Assembly: GCF_006345805.1 (NCBI RefSeq)
Contig: NC_043024.1
Span: 13,826,001-13,890,000 of the forward strand
DNA length: 64,000 nt
Source of the DNA: Octopus sinensis
Lineage: Eukaryota
Direction: 5' to 3'
Shown: positions 53,381 through 64,000 of the stretch, piece by piece
Position numbering within the stretch: the stretch's first letter is position 1
How the letters are laid out: each line of letters opens with the position of its first letter
The notes under the pieces: model-generated
The model's input: the letters and a program-made list of their open reading frames with translations, nothing else
The model's database searches: none
Told to the model about the DNA's origin: nothing
Position numbers and translations under genes: made by a program

Positions 53381-53909
53381 GTCACTTTCGATGTTACTGG
53401 TAACATGTAACCCAGTACAAACTGTTGCATGGTCGGGTCGTCGGCGACTAAACCGGCAGTCCCACTAAGCTTGTTTGGTGAGGAGGTTGTTTATTGGGCA
53501 CCCTGCGGAATGAAAAACAAAACCCGTCAAAGGGCGGAGGAACTCTTGAGAGTCAACGGCCATCCAATAAATGTCTTAAGGCTGTATCATGCGCGGGGAC
53601 ATAGAAATAATCGGACTGAAAACCCGATCGCGCGGTTAAACCATTGGCATTGAAGGTCTCATAGCCTTTGTTAGGGCATCCTTCTAGGGGAGGGTAACTC
53701 AGGTAACTGGGATAACTCCGACATAAAACCTGCGGCACAGTGGTTACCGATGATGTTGACTTGTTCTTCTTTTCGGATTATGGCTGTTGTTGCTTAGTGA
53801 GTGGGACTGACTCTGTGCACCGCCTTTCGTCACTTAAAAAAAAATCTTCTTGCACAGGAATTGCACGATAGCAACATTGATTAAGCTTCGATAACGAGGG
53901 GGCAGCCAC
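53381..53909 (+). mobile_element. 529-bp GC-richer non-coding element between (TATG)n tracts, possibly RTE-derived
   Basis: Sharp compositional boundaries and no terminal inverted repeats. ggcatccttctaggggagggtaactc resembles RTE 5' UTR motifs (from recall). Confidence 0.45.
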
Positions 53910-54469
53910 TATGTATGTATGTATGTATGTATGTATGTATGTATGTATGTATGTATGTATGTATGTATGTGTGTATGTTTGTATATAAATCTTTAGTTAA
54001 ATATATTCAATAAGAATATTATATATTCAATTTATATTGAGTGCTGAATTGTATCAAAGTATTAATACTATTAAAGTATTTATATATTTAATACGAGCGA
54101 TTATATACATATAGATTTTTTAATAATAAATTATTATTAATATTTGGAAATCAATATCAAAATTCCCCAGAAAGATATACACGTGTGAAAAATAGTGGTT
54201 GTATTAAAAATATATAAATAAATAAATATAAATATCTATAAAATATATGTGAATATGCATAGGTATAAATATATAATGTATATGACTGTTTAAACGTTTT
54301 GAATTAATTAATTAATTATACATTAATTAATTAATTATTAATTTATACATATTTATATTTATTTATTTATATATTTTTAATACAAAAATTATTTTTCACA
54401 CGTGTATATATTTCTGAGGAGTTTTCTGATATTGGTTTCCTAATATTAAAAAGAATATATTATTAAAAC

Positions 54470-54513
<44 letters not shown>

Positions 54514-55080
54514 TACTAATAAGAACATGGAGAAGCAAATTTAGTTTATTCATCATCTTTCTGATATTAGACTGTTGAATTATTTATTCATTTAACAAAA
54601 TGAGAACCTTATAATGCAACATTCTAATATCCGAAATATGATGAACAAACTATATTTGCTTCTCCATTTTCTTATTAGTATAATAAATTAACGGTAAAAA
54701 TATTTCTTTACCTTCACCCGTTTAATACAATAAATAAGTTAATTGCATTGCAATTAAAAATCTTTATGTATTAAGAATCTGGGTACTTTACCAACAGTAT
54801 TTTGGATAAATACTATCCCTTAGTGGGTTACACGCATAACCCCTAACTTACTATGTATGTATGTATATATATATATATGACCAAGAAAAAAGCAACAAGA
54901 ATGGATTAATAGTTTAGTGCTTATTCTTGGTTATAATCACCCCACATTATTTTATGGTTAATACCATAAAGAATTCTGGTGCATCTCAGTTAAGTACCGC
55001 ATTCATTTGAATTCTTGGAATTCACTTGAATCTTAATTGTTTTTGCTGAATACATATATATATATATAGATATATATATA

Positions 55081-55126
<46 letters not shown>

Positions 55127-55134
55127 TGTGTGTG

Positions 55135-55177
<43 letters not shown>

Positions 55178-55862
55178 ATTATTCAGTTTATTTCAAGATT
55201 TCTTGCCAATAAAGTACCGGTTTCTACCCTAGATCCAAGACTCTTCCATTGGAACTTCAATATCAACAGCATGGTATTTTGTGTGTATATATGTATGTAT
55301 GTATGTATAAATGTATGCATATATGTATGTATAAAGGGTGTAAGATATCTTGTGTGAGATATCCAACAAATAATATAAAAAGAAGTTAAAGCAGTAATTC
55401 ACGGACAGATTTGTTTCGGACATATGCTTTGCATCGAATTACAGTTGCAATCAGACAACTGTCATCCTGTCCTCAGAAATAAATCAGTCATTGACCCGTT
55501 GGGAACGTGTAAACAACGACGCTATAGTTCACGAATTCCCAGTTACCCTTATCAATGTTAATTTACATTACACATCATCTAGAGAGTTTTATCTTCGAAA
55601 ACAGTTTTAACTCGGTTCCATAAAATTTAGGAAGGCGATAATTTCGTTTTATTGGTGTGTTCACACATAGAAGAGGTTGTGTTCGTTCTCTTAATTCTGT
55701 TGAACCGCTTGATAATTAGCCTTTGCTATATGTAGTTGTAACATATATTCCCAGATTGCAGAGAATATGAAGTCTAGATACGTGATTTTGAATCGAATGG
55801 GACTTGTGCATGAACGATCGTATTTAACCTTTTGTACAGGAATGTTACAAGGTTATAAGACC

Positions 55863-55902
<40 letters not shown>

Positions 55903-56257
55903 TAATAATAATAATGAAGATGATGATGATAATAATAATAATAATAATAATATTGATGATGATGGTGATAATATATTATACTTTGTTTCAGAACTTCTTG
56001 ATTGTTAATTTTGAAACTTTCTATGAAGTTCATTTAAAATATATTTTCCTTCTTTCTTTCAAAAGTGGACAATGAGAAACAGTTAGCGGAAAATGGTGGT
56101 AAATATAATGGAAAGAGACAGACGAGTGGCGCCTACACATCGTAGGCCACGTTCTCCATGATGATCATGTCATGGGGCACCTTGTTTAAATCTTAAAGTT
56201 CATATGTGTGTGTATGAGAGAGAAAGGGAGAGAGCGAAAGAGAGACAGCCATGAATG

Positions 56258-56302
<45 letters not shown>

Positions 56303-56336
56303 TATAATATATATATATAATATATATATATATATA

Positions 56337-56484
56337 TACGACGGCCTTCTTTCAGTTTCCGTCTACCAAATCCACTTACCAGGCTTCATCGGCCCTAGCC
56401 TATAGTAGACGTCACTTGCCCGAGGTGTCACGCAGTACTATGTGGCTGGTAAGCAAGCTACTTGCCACACAGTCACCCCTGCGG
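56337..56484 (-). mobile_element. Family A SINE 5' half
   Basis: ttctttcagtttccgtctaccaaatccac..cacttgcccgaggtg..caagctacttgccacacag. Confidence 0.8.
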
Positions 56485-57379
56485 CTAATAATAATAATTG
56501 ATGAAGTAGCCAAAAAATGGATTTGGTGTCAATCTTTATTTTGCACAACGTTCGTTTTCGACCCACCCTGTTACTCTCCCTTATCTGTGAGACTCCGTTG
56601 AACATGTGTTGCGTCCATTATGGTAAATCCTTACATTAAGTGGTGCTTCGCTAAATATCTTTAGTTTTTGTTGTCATGTTGTCATATGTCCGTCGAGTTA
56701 GAGTATGAAGCATTGCAACAATTTCCATTACTATTAAATTTCCATAATAAAAATCGTATACATTTGTAAATATAAGCAAATAACAGTCGATAATAAAGAA
56801 AGAAAAAGGCAGATGAAAAATAATTTTGCAGGGGAAGTGAATAGGAGATGGACTGGGGGGGATTGAGTTACATCAGGTTTAAAATAAAGGAATGGTGCTC
56901 GAGAGAGGAAAAGATATACATGCAGTTAAAGTGTCTAGAGGGGACGAAAGGATCTTATGCTAGCTAACCTCGGTCGGGATACGTATGGGCATATATACAC
57001 ACACATTCACACATACCTACCCGTATATATACCCCGACACAGTCGTGAAAATCTAATGCTACTGGAAAATGTAGCAAAGCTTCCTTCCGTATCCAGACGG
57101 GCATATAACATGACAGCCTTTATATCAATAAAGAATTTTAAACTCGTTCCAATTATAAGAACGGCGGGCAATACAAATTATTAGTATTACTTTCCACTTT
57201 ATCGAGTCCGCTGCAGGACATTTCTAAATCATGGGAGATTTTTCCAAGATTTACATCCGAACAACTTGGAAAACAACTATTTATTTTTTTTTACTTTATG
57301 TTACCATTTGTTTGTTTACGGTATTAACCGGATTTCTTTCTGCTTTTCTTTATTCTCCCATATTATTTTATACAGATTA

Positions 57380-58160
57380 CTGCTGATCTGGTTGTTGTTG
57401 TTGTTTTTGCTGTTGTTGTTGTTGTTGTTCGTAGTGGTGGCGGCGGCGGCGGCGGTGTGTTATTTACAGTAGCTGTCATTGTTTTCTAATTTCCTGTTCA
57501 ATATTTGCTATCGTTGTATATATTAAGGCCAATTTACTGCGCTAATTTACAGTTCGTTATGTCTCTGCATAATGTATAATTCTGTTAGCGAGAATTTCTT
57601 CTTTCTTTCAATATTGGTTTTTATTTTTCTGTTTGAATTTCGTGGATTAACTTTGCGATCAATGTTATTGTTGCTGTTGTTGTTGTTGTTGATTTCTTTC
57701 TTCATCTCTTTTTTTTTTCGGTGTGATTATGTCTGGTTACGTCTAACTATACATCTACGTCTGAATCTGAATCTGTGTTTATGCGGGTGTTTGTTTGTGT
57801 ACATGTGTATAAATATATGTCTATGCCTCTCTGAGTCTGTGTGATTGTGTCTGCGTCTGTCTGTAAGTCGAAGTTTCCGTGTTTTGTTGTTCATCATTTC
57901 TTCTCTTCATTTTTTTTTGTATTCCACGTCTCCGACTTTATCGTCATCGTCATCATCATCTCTGTTGTTGCTGTGGCCTTCTTCTTCTCCTCATCTCCTC
58001 CTCTTTCCCTTTACCTCTACTTGCTGTTGTTGTTGTTGTTCTTCTTCTTCGTCTTTTTTTCTACTCTTCCCTCTCCTTCTTCTTCTCCCTTTCCCTCTAC
58101 TTGTTGTTGTTGTTCTTCTTCTTCGACTTCTTCGTCCGCTTCTACTCCTCCCCTCCTTCT

Positions 58161-58192
<32 letters not shown>

Positions 58193-58240
58193 TTCTATTT
58201 CTCCTTCATCTTCTTCTTCTTATCTTCCACCTCCTTCTCC
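57380..58240. repeat. Low-complexity GTT/GGC/CTT/CAT-rich region
   Basis: Direct inspection. Confidence 0.85.
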
Positions 58241-58482
58241 TCTTCCTTACAACCTCACGTTCGTAAGCTCGACGCCCTAACCACTGAGCCATGCACCTTC
58301 ATAGATATATTATTCAGTGAATATTTGTGTGATGTTCAACGCGTTTTGCCAGCGGTATTTTCATCAGGGAAAATTCATTTAGATGTGAAAAACTTTGAGA
58401 AGCCTTATCGGGTAGCTTCTGACTCAATAATTTCACCACACACAAACACGCATGCATCCACATACAAAAACACGCGCACGAA

Positions 58483-58515
<33 letters not shown>

Positions 58516-58600
58516 ATGCGGACACACGCAATATATATTCCTTCTTTTGTCTGGTTATAATAGTTGCGATACCAAATTGCAGCCAAAGAACAGGATTTCT

Positions 58601-58839
58601 TATTTCTTTATTGCCCAAAAGGGGCTAAACATAGAGGGGAAAATAAGGACAGACAAAGGAATTAAGTCGATTACATCGAACCCCAGTGATTAACTGGTAC
58701 TGAATTTATCGACCCCGAAAGGATGAAAGGCAAAGTCGACCTCGGCGGAATTTGAACTCAGAACGTAGCGGCAGACGAAATACTGCTAAGAATTTCGCCC
58801 GGCGTGCTAACGATTCTGCCAGCTTGCCGCCTTAACCAG
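58601..58839 (-). mobile_element. Family B SINE with 14-bp TSD
   Basis: AGAACAGGATTTCT at 58587-58600 and 58840-58853. Confidence 0.9.
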
Positions 58840-58859
58840 AGAACAGGATTTCTGCTCAC

Positions 58860-58981
58860 GTTTTCAGTTAGAAATACTCTACTAATTGTGCCACCCTCTT
58901 TTCTCAGTAATTCTTTCACACAACACTTCCGGACAGTCTCATTCCATATTTCCCTCATCTCAGAAATAACTGAATTACTCT
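58860..58981 (-). CDS. Candidate 122-nt internal exon, product unknown
   Basis: ggtttcttctttgcag|AGAGTAAT...GAAAAC|gtgagc; exactly one open frame, SNSVISEMREIWNETVRKCCVKELLRKEGGTISRVFLTEN. Confidence 0.35.
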
Positions 58982-59685
58982 CTGCAAAGAAGAAACCGTG
59001 CTACCAAATCAGAAAGACGTCTTAGTTTCTTAATCTTCGCCTTTGCAGCCCGTTTCACTCTGTTTGCCATTTCACAACAGACATTTGAACTCGTGACTCG
59101 CCGATCGTAAATCTATATTTGTTGTAAACTATCAAGTTGAGAAAAATCTTTCTGCCAACATTTATTACTCTTTTAGTTTCCTCAAACTTGATTGATTATA
59201 AATTACGTTAGGCATGCAAATTATAAATATTTTTGGTCACAGTGCCATCAGATGAGTTTCCAATTTCAGGAAATATTGGCAGAAAACCAAAAATACTCTT
59301 AGAAATGAAAGATAAAGTATGAGAGCGTTAACAGACAAGCGGCTATAAATTGGCCGTTCGTTGAATACTTTAAATTTCCAATTATTCAGCTGCTCTTTGG
59401 TTCGGCATTCCAAACGGAAGGCAAAATGTCGTATATGAAAGTAGATATCATATTTTGCATGATAATATTTAAAATTTTGTATTGTCAGTAAATAAATGGC
59501 TATCAAATTTCTACATGTTTATAAATAATCCGATATTCCTTGTATAATTCTACATGAATCATTGGCATCTAATTACTAATCGAAACTGTATAGAACGCCA
59601 TGTGAATTTATTTGGCCAAATTCCATGGCGAGTCTATTGCGGTCAGTGTAAAATTTAACTACATAGTGTAGGATATTTTAAGAAA

Positions 59686-60040
59686 ACTAGCTGTATCGCC
59701 CGGCGTTGCTCGGGTTTGTTTCGACCTTTTAGAATTGGAATTTTTGAAAAGTAAAAAGTGTGCATTATGTAGCTTCTTCTTCTCTTTAAGTGAACATTTT
59801 TCTGGTTGAAATACACCGAAAAATGGCGACACAACAGTAAAACAATCGTAAAAAATAGGGATTTTCATTCAAAAATAGCAACTTTTGATGTAAATATTTT
59901 TGGTGTTAACATGGTTCCATTTGTATTTTCTTCTATCATACGCCCAATTTTGGTCAACTTGTGCCGCAGGGTCTCCGAGGAGATAGTGTTAGTTGAAGGC
60001 TACCAAACCTGCCGAACATAGACAACTCCAGCTTTATATA
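59686..60040 (+). mobile_element. Non-autonomous Helitron/Helentron-like (Lep1/HINE-type) element
   Basis: 5' ACTAG followed by subterminal hairpin CCCGGCGTTGCTCGGG (59699-59714). The 3' region caattttggtcaacttgtgccgcagggt..gctttatatat resembles Lep1/DINE-1-type ends. Confidence 0.55.
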
Positions 60041-60045
60041 TATAT

Positions 60046-60110
<65 letters not shown>

Positions 60111-60449
60111 CAAAGCTTCTTAGCTCCTTACTTTTGGGGAAACCGGCAGAGGCAGCCATTGAGGTGGCGGCTGGAGGTGGAAAGAAATAGAATGGCAAAC
60201 GCAAGAAGCTGTGAGAAATACATAAATACATGCATACATATATATTTCATCATGTTGAACCCTTATCCCTACATTTTTCTCTCTCTTCTCTAATTTTCAT
60301 TCTCTCTCCTTTTTCCCTCTAAATCTTTTCTATCGAAGAGCGTAAGCTCCAAAAGTAAAACATGTTTCTGATCTTCCCAAGTGTTAAACTAATACACCTG
60401 CTTCTTGTTCTTACACCTGTCTTCATCATTTGTTTTCTGTATGTATATA

Positions 60450-60503
<54 letters not shown>

Positions 60504-61250
60504 TAACAACGATAAGATAACAAAAGAAAGTGACCTCAATATTATGTAAGTAGAGAAAATTCTATCTATAAAATAATATGTTACAATTACTCAATAGTCA
60601 AGATAAACCTCTGAGTTTCAGATGCCGAAAGGGAAATCCACAACAGAAATGAAAACTTCTTTGATTTGAAACCAGTTTGACAAATGCCAATGAATGAGAT
60701 TCTTGTTTTTTTATTCAGTCTGTAAAATCCGCCGGTTATTAATACACACACACATACACACACACACACACACACACAAACACACATATATATACGCATA
60801 TATGTACGCGTGCGCGCTCATTCATTGCTTCATAAAGAAATATAGGCAAGGGTTTCAATTATCGAAAAAATGTTATTTTAAAGTTAGGTGTGTAGTACAA
60901 CCATCATCATACGTCTCAAATTACTCTGATTGTGACAGCACCAATAATTGCTGTTACGGTTTCCATATTTGTATGTGTGTATTAGTGTCTCTGTGTATCT
61001 TCCTCTGTGTGTTTTAATTCGAGAATAATAATCATTAAATATAATTATAATAAATAATCAAAATTCTTTATCAAACTGATCGTCCAGACGTTATTTTGAA
61101 GACAGACGACAACACGTTAACTATTTATTTATTTACGCAGTCTCTCTCCAACGATTCATCTTTGGAAGAGAGATATCGTGGTTATTCAGTTATGTCGCAT
61201 AAAATGATATCGGCATGGTCACTATTTGTTCTTGCTTTCTTTAGAAGAAT

Positions 61251-61650
61251 ACCTATTTCTTTACTACCCACAAGGGGCTAAACACAGAGTGGACAAACAA
61301 GGACAGACAAACGGATTAAGTCGATTATATCGATCCCAGTGTGTAACTGGTACTTAAATTATAGACCCCGAAAGGATGAAATGCAAAGTCGACTTCGGCG
61401 GAATTTGAACTAAGAACGTAATGGCAGACGAAATACCTATTTTTATTTCTTTACTACCCAAAAGGAGCTAAACACAGAGAGGATAGATACAAGGACAGAT
61501 ACATTGCTTAAGTTGATTATATCAACCTCAGTGCGTAACTGGTACTTAATTTATCGACCCCAAAAGGATGAAAGACAAAGTCGACCACAGCTGACGAAAT
61601 ACGGCTACGCATTTCGCCCGGCGTGCTAACGATTCTGCCAGCTCGCCGCC
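61251..61650 (-). mobile_element. Head-to-tail family B SINE dimer within a single 14-bp TSD
   Basis: TTCTTTAGAAGAAT at 61237-61250 and 61651-61664; two core blocks. Confidence 0.85.
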
Positions 61651-61866
61651 TTCTTTAGAAGAATTCCAATAGGTTAAACAGAAATAATTTCTTGCATAAA
61701 GTATGCAGTATCGCAGTCTGAGCATTGTTTTCAATAATTCTTTCAAATTCTGCAGGGTACCAGTCACTTATAAAGGAGGATGAACTTCTTCCATAATTTT
61801 GTGAGCGATACCCATTTATATTCAGGATTGCATCCTCTCATTCTTGAGCAATATCATTTGCTAAAT

Positions 61867-62085
61867 AAGGCGGCGAGCTGGCAGAATATTAGCACGCCGG
61901 GCGAAATGTTTAACAGTATTTCGTCTGTCTTTACGTTCTGAGTTCAAATCCCTTCGAGGTTGAATTTGCCTTTCATCCTTTCAGGGTTGATAAATTAAGT
62001 ACCAGTTTCCTATTGAAATTAATCTAATCGACTAGCCTCCTCCCCAAACATTTCGGGCCTTGTGCCTAGACTAGAAAAGTATATC
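61867..62085 (+). mobile_element. Family B-related SINE with alternative tail
   Basis: aaggcggcgagctggcagaa..gagttcaaatcc..gcctttcatcctttcagggttgataaattaagtacc..gggccttgtgcct. Confidence 0.85.
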
Positions 62086-62949
62086 GTCTGCTAAAATATT
62101 TACTTCGGACAAATATCCATCACTTTAAACTTCGCCGATAAAGGATCATCATATTTCTTCAAATATTCCTCTTATACTATAAAGAAATATATTAATTTCC
62201 TTCTCTCTTCACAGGCATAAGTTTCCAATGTAAAATATAGAAAAATAATTAAAATTCCACCAGTACTGTGCATTCTGCATTGTAATTGTGTAAAGAATTA
62301 TTTGTATTTTCCGTAGAGGTTTTTTGATAAGGATATTTTGTCACGATATCTCACGATTATATATATAATATAAGTAGCAAGAGGCCTTTTAAGTAGTACA
62401 TAATAGGCATAAAATATGGATACAAGGAAATCATAATATTAAATGCAGACCATGGAGGTGTAATGAAATGAGAAATGTATTTACATAACCGGTAGATCAC
62501 CGAATTATCTTGTTTTCAGTATTTCGATAAAGCCGATACACCCAGTGTGTAATTTTTAAGGATATTGACGTATACGTCATTTTCTAGAGACAACAGCATT
62601 AGGTAGCAGTCCTTTTACAGAATTCAATATAATTGACATCCTCCCAGCCAAACTGATATCTAAAAGAACAAAAAATAGCAATTTTTATTTCAAAAGTCTG
62701 GTTTGCTGAATTTTAAACTCAGAGTATATTGTATAGGAATAAATACGAATAGACTGATTTTTATGATCTCATTGTTTACATGCAATCCTCTTATTTGTAA
62801 TGGATTTGGTAGTTGTTTCATTTTTAACAGAAGTCTTTAGCTACATTAGAAGAGAAAAGTTAATATTTCCTCCAACAGCATTGAATAGGTAATCTCACTT
62901 CTCCTTTTGCTAAAAGGCCAGCAATTTTTTTATGAATAGGTACATCACT

Positions 62950-63075
62950 TTCATCGATTTTATAACTAAATTGGTATTACCGATCCTGCAAAGACAAAAG
63001 CCAAAAACGACACCAGCGATGGTATAAACGCACAATGTAATGCCGCTCAGAATTCTGTCCATCTTGCCAACGATT
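62950..63075 (-). mobile_element. Highly degenerate family B SINE
   Basis: cttgccaacgattctgttagctcggcacctt head remnant and decayed core. Confidence 0.4.
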
Positions 63076-64000
63076 CTGTTAGCTCGGCACCTTAAGGAAT
63101 AAGAAGTAAAACGCTGTATGAAATTCGACTCTCGGACCAATATTTTCGGAAGAAACCTTGTCACTGACAGCGACAAAGGCGGGAAATTGAAGGAAATATT
63201 AATTAACCCCTGCCGTTAAATGATAAATGAATTTATGATGTGAGACGTAAATTAGACAATTAATTTCGACGACCAGTGGTTTCATTTCACTCACAGAATT
63301 TAGAACAGAGAAAACATTGCAGAACTGGAAATATTTCAAAGTGTTCAAGTTAAGGTAGTGTGTAGGAATTTGGTGGGGTCGGTCTCAATCGATTGTGTGA
63401 TTGTAGCGTTGTTTAATTTGTGGCTTATTTGGGTTTTAATAAATAATGCGTAGGGGAGAATAAATTTCCTTGATGTTTAGCAACTTTGAAACACAAGAAG
63501 TTTATTAAATATGCGGCCCTAACGTATTGTTCAATATCTGAAACGAAAATGAGATTCTTCTAACAAATCTGAATAATTTCAAAGCAACAGAAATATTTAT
63601 TAACAATGCTTATAAGCCAATGGTTTCGTATGTTCTGTGATTCGGCACTTTTAAGATTAGCCTTCGACTCCCTAAAGTATTTCTGAAGATAGAATTGCGA
63701 ACACGGTCGCACAAGCACAAACGTACACACACAGATAGAGAGCGACACGGTCACGTAGTTACACACAAGCGTACACATGTTCACAAACCAATCACAAATA
63801 CGCGTGCGCGAAAAGAAGAAAAAAAAATGAATATCTACATCATTCGGAGTAGAATTCAATTAATCAAAATGATCGAACGATTAGTTAGACAAAGTTGATA
63901 GACCCCATGTGTAATCTTTTACATAATGACCTGAAACAGACGTATTCCATTAATGCAGTGATTTGCTCCCCTGGTTCCCATTCACTGATATATTGCAGTT

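Noticed and set aside
57841-58693. 282-aa and overlapping ORFs
   Set aside because: Low-complexity CTT/GTT repeats running into a SINE.

Overview
AT-rich, microsatellite-dense eukaryotic DNA, inferred from its SINE repertoire and repeat landscape to be from an octopus or other coleoid cephalopod. There is a 100-N scaffold gap at 24575-24674. No complete protein-coding gene can be supported. Nearly all ORFs in the track are translations of di-, tri- or tetranucleotide repeats or of repeat edges; two short minus-strand exon candidates (58860-58981, 24820-24866) may belong to an unidentified host gene. The window holds about 20 tRNA-derived SINE copies of several families, four R4/Dong-like LINE fragments (three directly abutting (TAA)n), single HERO-like and RTE-like LINE ends, a Penelope RT relic, a Helentron/Lep1-like element, a 68-bp minisatellite and many short fold-backs. 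The highlight is 44764-46535: an ORF-less 600-bp unit present as an exact-period tandem pair plus an inverted, circularly permuted third copy. Each copy carries an apparently intact minimal type I hammerhead ribozyme, consistent with a Penelope pseudo-LTR / retrozyme-like element. The cleavage-site half of the ribozyme lies inside a predicted 141-nt GT-AG intron. All classifications are by eye, without database searches. Element boundaries are approximate unless base-level detail is given.
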